Assembly: GCA_027618515.1 (NCBI GenBank)
Contig: JAQCEV010000026.1
Location: forward strand, 1 to 31,441
Direction of reading: 5' to 3'
DNA length: 31,441 nucleotides
DNA from: Chloroflexota bacterium
Lineage (GTDB): Bacteria; Chloroflexota; Dehalococcoidia; Lucifugimonadales; Australimonadaceae
Part shown: piece by piece, positions 16,065 through 24,276 of the stretch
Numbering within the stretch: position 1 is the first letter of the stretch
How the letters are laid out: the number at the start of each line of letters is the position of its first letter
The notes under the pieces: generated by a model
Told to the model about the DNA's origin: nothing
Databases searched by the model: none
The model's input: the letters and a program-made list of their open reading frames with translations, nothing else
Program-made: the position numbers and the translations under genes

Positions 16065-17774
16065 CTACCAGATACTGCCGGGGAGACCAGGGCTCGTGAT
16101 CGCCCCTTCGCTCGCCGACGACACGCTCTTGGCGTACTTCGCAAACACACCCGTCGTGTAGCGAGGCGCAGGCGCAGCCCAGCCTTCTTTGCGCTTCGCC
16201 AACTCGTCGGCCGGGATGTCCAGGTCGAGCCTGCGTGCCACCACGTCCAGGATGATCGGATCGCCGTCCCTCACGAACGCGATATTGCCGCCCAGCGCGG
16301 CTTCCGGGGCCATGTGGCCAACCATGAAGCCGTGGGTCGCGCCGGAGAATCGACCGTCCGTGATCAGCACGACATCGTCACTCAGGCCAGCGCCCACGAT
16401 GGCCGCCGTAACGCCAAGCATCTCGCGCATCCCAGGCCCGCCGACCGGCCCCTCGTAACGGATGACCACAACATCGTCAGGCTTGATCTGGCCTGCCTGC
16501 ACGGCGGCGAAGCAATCTTCTTCGCGCTCGAAAACCTTCGCCGGGCCACGGTGGTAGTTGCGGTCGTGTCCGGCCAACTTCACCACACAGCCATCGGGTG
16601 CCAGGTTCCCACGCAGGATCGCGATACCACCGTTGTCCTTGATGGGCTTCTCGATGCTGACCACAACCTTCTGGTCGGCTGTCGCCACGACGCCCGACGC
16701 GATGCTCCCGAACGTACCACCGTCCACGTTCACGGCATCAGCGTGGCCTCGCTCGCCAGCCAATATCTCCTTGGACACCAGTCCATAGCCGCCAGCGTTG
16801 TACAGATCCTCAGCGACGTACTGGCCGCCCGGCTTCATGTCCGCCACGATAGGCGTGTTCCACGAAATGGTGTCGAAGTCGTCGATCGAAAGCTCCACGC
16901 CAGCCTCGCGAGCGATGGCCAGCATGTGCAGCACAGCGTTGGTCGAACCCGCCGTGGCCGCGACTCCAGCGATGGCGTTCTCGAAAGCATCGCGCGTCAT
17001 GATGTCGCGCGGCTTGATGTCCTGCTCCAACAGCTCCATGACCAGCCGACCCGCCTTGCGGGCCTCATCGGCCTTGGACTTGCTGACCGCAGGGACAGCG
17101 TTCGCGCCCGCCGGGCTGATGCCCAGGAATTCGAGCGCCATCGCCATGGTGTTCGCCGTGAACTGGCCGCCACATGCGCCAGCCCCAGGACACGCTGCGT
17201 CCTCAATGGCCTTCAATCGAGCATCGTCGATCTTGCCCGCGCCATGCGCGCCGACCGCCTCGAAGACGTCGAGCACCGTGAGGTCTTTGCCGTCGAGGTG
17301 ACCAGGGGCGATGGAGCCGTTGTAGAAGGCGAGCCCAGGCAGGTTGAGGCGAGCCAGCGCCATCGCGCCTGCGGGGAGGGTCTTGTCGCAACCAACGAGG
17401 ACCACCAGACCGTCGAACGAGTGCCCGCGCGCGACGACCTCGATGGAGTCGGTGATCACCTCGCGACTCACCAGCGAGCCACGCATGCCCTCGGTCCCCA
17501 TGGTCACGCCATCGGACACGGAGATGGTGTTGAACTCCATGGGCGTGCCGCCTGCCTCGCGGATGCCTTCCTTAACGTACTTGGCCAGCTCGCGCTGGTT
17601 GTAGTTGCAAGGCATCGTCTCGATCCACGTCGTCGCCACGCCGATGATCGGCTTCGCCAGATCCTCATCCGTGAAACCGATAGCCTTCAGCATCGCCCGC
17701 GCCGGAGCGCGAGACGGACCGTCGGTCATCTCGGCAGAGTGTTTCTTGAGGGGGTTCGTGGGCTGCATGGACAT
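16065..17774 (-). CDS. ilvD: Dihydroxy-acid dehydratase
   Basis: 569 aa. IlvD/EDD hallmarks: [33 protein letters not shown] (Fe-S cysteine motif), SGATHG. AAGGAG SD 5 nt upstream of ATG 17774. Confidence 0.92.
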   Translation of the reverse strand: MSMQPTNPLKKHSAEMTDGPSRAPARAMLKAIGFTDEDLAKPIIGVATTWIETMPCNYNQRELAKYVKEGIREAGGTPMEFNTISVSDGVTMGTEGMRGSLVSREVITDSIEVVARGHSFDGLVVLVGCDKTLPAGAMALARLNLPGLAFYNGSIAPGHLDGKDLTVLDVFEAVGAHGAGKIDDARLKAIEDAACPGAGACGGQFTANTMAMALEFLGISPAGANAVPAVSKSKADEARKAGRLVMELLEQDIKPRDIMTRDAFENAIAGVAATAGSTNAVLHMLAIAREAGVELSIDDFDTISWNTPIVADMKPGGQYVAEDLYNAGGYGLVSKEILAGERGHADAVNVDGGTFGSIASGVVATADQKVVVSIEKPIKDNGGIAILRGNLAPDGCVVKLAGHDRNYHRGPAKVFEREEDCFAAVQAGQIKPDDVVVIRYEGPVGGPGMREMLGVTAAIVGAGLSDDVVLITDGRFSGATHGFMVGHMAPEAALGGNIAFVRDGDPIILDVVARRLDLDIPADELAKRKEGWAAPAPRYTTGVFAKYAKSVSSASEGAITSPGLPGSIW

Positions 17775-18112
17775 GGGGCGCTCCTTGAGGGTGTCGGGTG
17801 GGCGTGATTATACGGATAAATGGCTCAAGGCGAGAATGAGCCTCGACGCTTTTACGCATAGCCCACGGTGTCCGCTTTTACGATGTCCCATTCGTCGAAT
17901 TTCTCCGAATCTCTCGCGAGGGAAAATTGATCTACGGGAAGCAGCGGGTTGGCGCGCATGGCAATCTTGGTTAGCAACGCGTTTTGACCGGATTGAGCCA
18001 TCGCTTCCCACCAATCCGGCTGCATGTGAACGTTTTCGCAGTGTTGCGCGAGGACGATTGCTTGGCACCCGGAAACCGGTGACCGTATTACCGAAACACA
18101 TCGAGGGTAGGC

Positions 18113-18271
18113 ATGGAACCCGAACAGGAAGACCGAGAACGAAAGCGCTGGGAGGATGCTTGGCACACCGTTATGGTCATCGAGTGGATCCGATGGGTTT
18201 TGATAATGGTGTTCGGCATTCCCTTGGTGACAGGCTTCATATGGCTTCTGTTTGAGATGGGGTTTGTCTAG
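18113..18271 (+). CDS. Small single-pass membrane protein (52 aa), not in the ORF track because it is under 60 aa
   Basis: ATG 18113 with GAGGG 5 nt upstream. Translation MEPEQEDRERKRWEDAWHTVMVIEWIRWVLIMVFGIPLVTGFIWLLFEMGFV*. Charged N-terminus plus one TM helix. AT-rich codons in a low-GC intergenic island. Competes with a 149-aa minus-strand ORF (17852..18301) of poor quality. Confidence 0.3.
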   Translation: MEPEQEDRERKRWEDAWHTVMVIEWIRWVLIMVFGIPLVTGFIWLLFEMGFV

Positions 18272-18435
18272 TGGGGCAGGCTGTACGCGCCGACTGCGCA
18301 CCTATTTCCCGCGCGGGCTATGGACGTACCAGGCGATTCGGTAGCTCACAGCTGGCGGTCGGCCAACCACCTGATGGCGAGCGACCAGCGCTGTATACTC
18401 CACTACGAATGATAAACGCCGAACGGAGGCCATCT

Positions 18436-18732
18436 ATGCACATCAAACCGACCGTCGCTAAGCGACTGGTGCCAGTCATCGTCGTGGGCATGGTCGTCTA
18501 CGCGCTGATAGTCGGGCTGCGGGTCAGCCCCGGGTACGTTGGCAACCTAGTGGCGTTCGCCGCCGTTATGGCGATCCCGCTCTTGGCAGCGGTGCTCCTC
18601 TTCAGGCTCGCTCGCCAACTGTGGACGGGCGGACGCCAAACGCCGTTGGACGTCGCCAAAGAACGCTACGCCAGGGGAGAGATTGACCGCGTGGCCTTCG
18701 AGGAGATCAAGGACACCCTCGACCGCCCGTAG
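18436..18732 (+). CDS. Membrane protein with C-terminal SHOCT domain
   Basis: ATG 18436 with GGAGG 7 nt upstream. Two TM helices (LVPVIVVGMVVYALIVGL and LVAFAAVMAIPLLAAVLLF). C-terminal LDVAKERYARGEIDRVAFEEIKDTL matches the SHOCT consensus (L..L...G.I..EEF...K..L). The ORF track's longer N-terminal extension is unsupported. Confidence 0.6.
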   Translation: MHIKPTVAKRLVPVIVVGMVVYALIVGLRVSPGYVGNLVAFAAVMAIPLLAAVLLFRLARQLWTGGRQTPLDVAKERYARGEIDRVAFEEIKDTLDRP

Positions 18733-18852
18733 TTCCGACGCTGTCGCACACGCATTCATCAGCAGCACTGTGTGCTCCTGATGAAATCTACAACCATCAC
18801 TAACACTGAGTCACCATGCGGCATTGTTTTTCACTACTTGTTGACCTTGAAT

Positions 18853-18895
18853 GGCCAGGGGATAGGGCGAAGTCTAGGAAGACTCGCCCCTGGCC
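18853..18895 (+). promoter_or_regulatory. Conserved leader stem-loop upstream of beta-roll gene 1 (ggccaggggata gggcgaagtct agga agactcgccc ctggcc), preceded by TTGACC (18841-18846)
   Basis: Nested inverted repeat, near-perfect. A structurally equivalent though sequence-diverged hairpin plus the ttgaatgRccaggggata box recurs upstream of copy 2 (20357-20410). No clean -10 follows the TTGACC. Confidence 0.35.
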
Positions 18896-18927
18896 TGATC
18901 CAGATGGAATAAGAGGGGACAGTAGAT

Positions 18928-20013
18928 ATGGAAGCTACAAGTCGGAGACGGGTGGCCCTATTCGCGCTCGCAGCACTCGCGATGTTCGCGACGTTCCTGA
19001 TGGTCGCCGGCACCGCCGATGCGACCCATCGCACCACGGTAGCCCTCTCGCCCGCGTCCGTCGCTGTTGGCGGTGGAGAAACCGCAAATTACACAGGCGT
19101 CGTCAATGTGGGTAACGGCCCGCCGACGTACGACACCGCTTTGTCGTCAACTGGCGGCCCTGCAGGTAGCGTCCACACGCTGACCCCCTCGTTCATTCCG
19201 TCTGAGACGGTGACGGTATCGACCGGGAACCTCCACAACTACACGCTCGCCGTAGCGGTGCCCGCAGGCGCGGCACCAGGTTCCTACGCGATCACGGTGT
19301 CGGCGAAGTTCGGCTACGGGGCCTACGTCTTCACGACGAGGACCACCACAGCGACGTTGATCGTCCTTCACAAGTGCAACGGCCTGACAGCAACCATCGT
19401 CGGCACGGCTGGTGCCGACTCGATCGACGGCACAGCAGGCGATGACGTTATCGTTGGCCTCGCTGGCAACGACGACATCGACGGCAAGGGTGGCAACGAC
19501 ACCATCTGCGGCAACGAGGGTAACGATAACCTCAACGGCAGCGATGGCGACGACCGTATCTTCGGCGACGAGGGCAGCGACCGCATCTACGGCAAAGATG
19601 GCAACGACACTATCTACGGCGGGGATGACGATGACGATGACGTTGTCTACGGCGGCAATGGACGCGACTTCATCGATGGTGGCAGCGGCAACGACCGACT
19701 CAAGGGCGACAACGACGACGACCGCATCTTTGGCGGCGCTGGCGACGACACCCTCGACGGCAAGGCTGGCAACGATTACATGCGCGACATCGCTTCCGGG
19801 AACAACCGCTTCTACGGTGGCGACGGAAACGATGTTATGGAAGCGGGCGCGGGCAATGACACCTTCTACGGTGGTGACGGCGACGACATCATCCGTGCGG
19901 GTGCCGGTTCTGACCGGCTCCGTGGTGAGGGCGGAAATGATCTATGCGACGGAGGTGCCGACGGAGACACCGACGTTGCAAGTGATTGCGAGACAGAGTT
20001 GCTTATCCCCTAA
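18928..20013 (+). CDS. Secreted calcium-binding beta-roll protein: Sec signal peptide, about 130-aa Ig-like N-terminal domain, about 20 hemolysin-type (RTX, GGxGxDxUx) nonapeptide repeats, C-terminal Cys pair
   Basis: Signal MEATSRRRVALFALAALAMFATFLMVAGTADA. Repeats [65 protein letters not shown]... up to ...GEGGNDLCDGGADGDTDVASDCETELLIP. Followed by a rho-independent terminator. Confidence 0.75.
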   Translation: MEATSRRRVALFALAALAMFATFLMVAGTADATHRTTVALSPASVAVGGGETANYTGVVNVGNGPPTYDTALSSTGGPAGSVHTLTPSFIPSETVTVSTGNLHNYTLAVAVPAGAAPGSYAITVSAKFGYGAYVFTTRTTTATLIVLHKCNGLTATIVGTAGADSIDGTAGDDVIVGLAGNDDIDGKGGNDTICGNEGNDNLNGSDGDDRIFGDEGSDRIYGKDGNDTIYGGDDDDDDVVYGGNGRDFIDGGSGNDRLKGDNDDDRIFGGAGDDTLDGKAGNDYMRDIASGNNRFYGGDGNDVMEAGAGNDTFYGGDGDDIIRAGAGSDRLRGEGGNDLCDGGADGDTDVASDCETELLIP

Positions 20014-20047
20014 CAGGGAGCGCATGGTCTGCTTGGTCTGAATGAAA

Positions 20048-20083
20048 GAGGCCCCGCCGAACGGCGGGGCCTCTTTGTGTTTT
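20048..20083 (+). terminator. Rho-independent terminator of beta-roll gene 1
   Basis: Hairpin gaggccccgcc-gaac-ggcggggcctc followed by tttgtgtttt. Confidence 0.7.
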
Positions 20084-20445
20084 GTCTCTGGGCCAGTCAT
20101 GCCAACTGTGGTCGGGTGCGCGCCAGGCACCTCTGGACATCGCCAAAGAACGCTACGCGAGGGGCGAGATCGACCGCGTGGCCTTCGAGGAGATCAAGGA
20201 CACCCTCGATCGTCCGTAGTTCCGACAGCCTTAGTCTTCAATGCACGTCCATCCACAGCACCGGGGTCCCTGACCTAATCAAGGGTCGTAACTAACACAA
20301 GATTCACCATGTGGCACTCATTTAGCACTATTTTGGCACTGCTTCCCACCGCTTCGCGACCTTGAATGACCAGGGGATACGGCGAGTTCGAGGACGACTT
20401 GCCCGCGGCCCGAATCCAACCCAAAATCAGAAGAGGTCAGTAGAT

Positions 20446-21465
20446 ATGGAAGCTATAAGACGAAGACGGATGACCTTGTTCGCGCTCGCCGCGTTCGCAG
20501 TGTTCGCGATGTTCGTGGGCATCCCAGCATCTGCCCGCGCCTCCGCTCACATTTCCTAGGTGACCACCTCTCCCGCGTCGATCACCGTCGCCGTAGGCAC
20601 CACGGCAAGTTACACCGGGGTCGTACATGTGAGCCCCACAGAATTGCGTCCCATTCACACGTTGTCAGCAAGCGGAGGCCCTGCAGGCAGCGTATACACG
20701 CTGACTCCCGCGTCTACGAGCGACAGGCCCTATGGTTCTGAGTACTCGATGGATTACACGCTCGATATCGCGGTGCCCGCGGGGGCAACGCCAGGTGCCT
20801 ACACGATTACCGTGACCGCGAGGGTCAGCGGCAGTAGCTTTTTCTCCGGCCACTCCGAAACCACAACCACGACGTTGGTGATCCCCTCATGTGACGGCTT
20901 GGCTGCCACGATCGTCGGCACCATCGCCGACGATGTGATCGCTGGCACGGAAGGCGATGACGTTATCGTTGGCCTAGCAGGCAACGACAACATCAACGGC
21001 AAGGGTGGCAACGACACCATCTGCGGCGACGAGGGTAACGACCGCATCTACGGCAAGGATGGCAACGACAACATCTTTGGCAACGAGGGTGACGACGTTG
21101 TCTACGGTGGTGAAGGGAACGACTCCATCAGCGGCGACGGCGGTAATGACCGCTTGAAGGGTGAGAACGGCAACGACCGAATCTCCGGCGGCGAGGGCGA
21201 CGACACCCTTGATGGCAGAGCCGGTAATGACTCGCTTTTTGGCGGAGACGGCAACGACCGCCTTTACGGCGGAGACGGCCCTGATGGAATGGATGGTGGT
21301 TCCGGTAACGACACCTTGTACGCTGGAAGCGGTGACGACTTACTTATTGGCGGAACCGGTTCCGATCGACTGCGTGGCGAGGCGGGCAACGACATCTGCC
21401 TCGGTGGGGCAGATCTCGACTTGGATGTCGCCAGCGGTTGCGAGACTGAAGCAGCTATCCCCTAA
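20446..21465 (+). pseudogene. Paralog 2 of the secreted beta-roll protein, interrupted by a single in-frame TAG (20557-20559) between the signal peptide and the mature domain
   Basis: ATG 20446 gives MEAIRRRRMTLFALAAFAVFAMFVGIPASARASAHIS*. GTG 20560 continues in the same frame (20446, 20557 and 20560 are all congruent to 1 mod 3) with [22 protein letters not shown]... Domain order matches gene 1: Ig-like N-terminal domain, RTX repeats and ...[13 protein letters not shown]. An intact reading needs stop suppression or a sequence error. Confidence 0.6.
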
Positions 21466-21493
21466 GGGATCCGGATCCTTTGACCGACAAAGA

Positions 21494-21521
21494 GGCCCCG
21501 CTGAACGGCGGGGCCTTTTTC
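21494..21521 (+). terminator. Rho-independent terminator of beta-roll gene 2
   Basis: Hairpin ggccccgc-tgaacg-gcggggcc followed by tttttc. Paralogous to the terminator after gene 1. Confidence 0.7.
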
Positions 21522-21552
21522 ATATCCGTGATCGACGAACGCTAGCGGCGAG

Positions 21553-21741
21553 CTAGTCCTCTTCCAACATGGAGAAGCTGAGGATCAGGTACTCCGCGTT
21601 GGTCGGTGCGAGGATCGCCATCAACTCACACGGCACGGGCCCCGTGAACTCACTCGCGATACATTCGTTGATCGACTGTTCCATCTCTGCCGCGTCTTCC
21701 AACAGCGGAAGCACTACTACTTTGTCATCTGCCAAAACCAT
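21553..21741 (-). CDS. Hypothetical small acidic protein (about 62 aa), divergent from the Rieske oxygenase gene
   Basis: Translation MVLADDKVVVLPLLEDAAEMEQSINECIASEFTGPVPCELMAILAPTNAEYLILSFSMLEED from ATG 21741, with a weak SD. Lies in a low-GC segment. The ORF track gives a longer 91-aa version from an alternative start at 21828. No recognisable domain. Confidence 0.3.
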   Translation of the reverse strand: MVLADDKVVVLPLLEDAAEMEQSINECIASEFTGPVPCELMAILAPTNAEYLILSFSMLEED

Positions 21742-21863
21742 CACCTCATTACTCTCGGTACTTTTTGCTACCTGATATTGTCCACCACCCCAAGCGCCTA
21801 ACACCAGCCGCAGAGGCAATACTCCCACTATCCGCGACCACGCCGTTGCGCTAGCATCCGCCC

Positions 21864-23153
21864 ATGCTCAGCGCCTCAGACAACCAGCTGCTGACACAGA
21901 CCGCTCGCGGCACCCTCATGGGCGACTACCTACGTCGCTTCTGGACGCCATTTCTCCTTTCTAGCGAGCTTCCGTCCCCCGACTGCCCCCCTGTGCGCGT
22001 GCGCCTCATGAGCGAAGACTTGGTCGCCTTCCGGAACACCGATGGCCACGTCGGACTCGTTCAGGCCGCTTGCCCTCATAGGCGCGCGAGCCTGTTCTGG
22101 GGCCGCAACGAAGAGAACGGCCTCCGCTGCGTCTACCACGGGTGGAAATTCGACATCACCGGCCAGTGCGTGGACATGCCATCGGAGCCCGAGGCGTCCA
22201 ATTTCAAAAGCAAGATCCAGATCACGGCATACCCGACCATCGACAAAGGTGGCGTCATCTGGGCCTATCTGGGAGCGCCTGAGTTCACGCCCGAGTTGCC
22301 GCAGCATGACTGGCTGGACCTGCCCGAGGCGCACCGCTACGCCACCAAGCGGATCGAGAACACCAACTGGGCGCAGGCGCTGGAGGGCGGCATCGACTCC
22401 GCTCACTCCAACTTCCTGCACGCCTCGGTGGCGTCGTATCGCCGCGACCCCGCGTGGGTCGAGCGCGCCAAGAACGCACCTGATCTGCGAACGCGGTACC
22501 ACGCGCTCGATCGCAGCCCGACGTTCATCCCCACATCGACCGACTACGGCCTACGCATCGGCGCGCGCCGGGATGCCGGGGACGACGGTCATTACTGGCG
22601 CTTCACCCACTGGCTAACGCCCTACTACAACCTCTTCGCGGCTGCCGGGGACGCTCCGGGAGTCAACGGACGTGGCTTCGCGTGGGTGCCCATCGACGAC
22701 AACCACAGTTGGACTATCACCTTCGCCTGGAACACGCACCACCCGTTGACCCAGGAAGACATCACCGCAGCAGATGACTTCGCTGGCCCAACGATAGGCG
22801 AGTCGTTCTTCCCCGCACGCAACAGCACCAACGATTACATGATCGACCGCGATGACCAGGCCCAGACCACGTTCACCGGCATCGCGGGCATCCAAGCCCA
22901 GGACATGGCCGTCCAAGAGAGCATGGGCGCCATCGTGGATCGTACGCTGGAGCACCTGGGAACCAGCGATACCGCCATCATCATGATGCGACGCCAACTC
23001 CTCGCCCAAGCCCGCGCGGCTGCCGAGGGCACCGAGCCCTACGCCGCGACCCACGGCGACGTCTACCGCACCCGCACCAGCGAGATCATCGTTCCCAAAG
23101 ACACCGTGTTAGACGAAGCTACCCAGTCAGCCCTCTGTGCCCTGGACAGTTGA
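21864..23153 (+). CDS. Rieske [2Fe-2S] non-heme-iron oxygenase, alpha subunit only (phthalate-dioxygenase/KshA-like class)
   Basis: Rieske motif CPHRRASLFWGRNEENGLRCVYHGW (CxH-x16-CxxH). Mononuclear Fe motif region GGIDSAHSNFLH (H-x4-H). N-terminus LTQTARGTLMGDYLRRFWTPF is like alpha-only PDO-type oxygenases. No beta subunit, ferredoxin or reductase gene is adjacent. Confidence 0.85.
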   Translation: MLSASDNQLLTQTARGTLMGDYLRRFWTPFLLSSELPSPDCPPVRVRLMSEDLVAFRNTDGHVGLVQAACPHRRASLFWGRNEENGLRCVYHGWKFDITGQCVDMPSEPEASNFKSKIQITAYPTIDKGGVIWAYLGAPEFTPELPQHDWLDLPEAHRYATKRIENTNWAQALEGGIDSAHSNFLHASVASYRRDPAWVERAKNAPDLRTRYHALDRSPTFIPTSTDYGLRIGARRDAGDDGHYWRFTHWLTPYYNLFAAAGDAPGVNGRGFAWVPIDDNHSWTITFAWNTHHPLTQEDITAADDFAGPTIGESFFPARNSTNDYMIDRDDQAQTTFTGIAGIQAQDMAVQESMGAIVDRTLEHLGTSDTAIIMMRRQLLAQARAAAEGTEPYAATHGDVYRTRTSEIIVPKDTVLDEATQSALCALDS

Positions 23154-23207
23154 TCAGCGACGCGAACCCCTGGCGCCCACAGCAAGCCAATCAGCGAAAG
23201 GATCTGC

Positions 23208-24204
23208 CATGACATCCACGAGCCTCATCGAAATCCACCTGGAAGCGCAAGGGGCCAAGCCCAATTTCCGTTACGACATCATCCAGCCGCTGGTGCACGG
23301 ACGCGTGCCGATCGAGGGCGTCTCGCTGACCGTCGCCGGGTCCATGGAGACCGCAGGTCAGTTCGACAACCCGAAATTCAAGAACGGCGACTTCGGCCTC
23401 CTGGACACCAACATCGGCGACATCCTCCCCGCCATCGACGCAGGATGGGACATGGTCGCTCTGCCGGTGCTGATCAAGCGCAAGCCGATCTACAACTACA
23501 TCTGGGTACGCGCGGACAGGGGGATCGAGACCCCCAAGGACCTCGAAGGCAAGACCTTCGCGACGGCCATCTGGGGGGTCGTCACCACCTACGCACGCGG
23601 CATGCTCAAGCAATTCCATGGGGTCGATCACACCACGTTCAAGTGGATCGCCAACGTCGACGGCCCATGGCCGCTGCACAAGCCCGTAAACGTGGAGTAC
23701 CGCACGGACAAGAAACCCCAGTGGCAGCGACTGCTGGACGGCGAGGTGGACGCATGCTCCGGCGACATCATCGCCCCCAACGCCTGGGATATCTTGGAAG
23801 CCAGCCCACATATCGTGAAGCGCCTCTTCCCCGAATACCGCCAGATGCACCGTGACCTGCGCCGGGACCACGGCATCGTGACGCCCACGCACATGATGGC
23901 CATGGGCGGGAAGCTGCACCGGGAGAATCCCGGGCTGTCCCGCAAGCTCTACGACGCCTTCGAACAGTCCAGGGAGATAGCCATCGCCGACGCCCGAGGC
24001 GACGGTTCCAGCTACAACCTCATCATGGACGCCCGTGAGCTGATGCGCGACCAGATGAAGGAGATGGGGGACATCTACAAGCATGGCATCGCGGCCAACC
24101 GCGACCTGTTCGAGATGACCCTCGACTTCTACGAAGACCAGGGCCAGACCAGTCGAAGATTGTCGATCGAAGAGGTTTTTGCTGCGGACACGCTCGACAC
24201 GTAA
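23208..24204 (+). CDS. Cytoplasmic SsuA/THI5(NMT1)-like domain protein, resembling the 4,5-dihydroxyphthalate decarboxylase (Pht5)-type enzymes
   Basis: ATG 23208 with GAAAGGA SD. No signal peptide. N-terminus FRYDIIQPLVHGRVPIEGVSLTV ... GDFGLLDTNIGDILPAIDAGWDMVALPV fits the NMT1/THI5 periplasmic-binding-like fold of Pht5-family decarboxylases. This rests on recalled family features, not a computed alignment. Confidence 0.45.
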
Positions 24205-24276
24205 TTGTCACTTTCCTGTTACCTTGGGCACGTAGAATTCTGCAAACGAACTAAGTAGAAGCACGGTGAAGCGCAC

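Noticed and set aside
16314-17807. 497-aa plus-strand ORF
   Set aside because: Runs antisense across the whole of ilvD. Arg/His/Asp-rich with no domain. A typical high-GC antisense artifact.
17852-18301. 149-aa minus-strand ORF upstream of ilvD
   Set aside because: Its N-terminal half is antisense to the better-supported 52-aa TM ORF and is Pro/His-rich. No SD. The C-terminal 57 aa could still be real, so rejection is provisional.
19412-20041. 209-aa Thr/Ala/Met-rich ORF and the 19368..19586 minus-strand ORF
   Set aside because: Alternative frames of the RTX nonapeptide repeats (GGxGxD reads as TTAT/SSPS in other frames).
23191-24084. 297-aa minus-strand ORF
   Set aside because: Antisense to the NMT1/THI5-like gene. 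No motifs.
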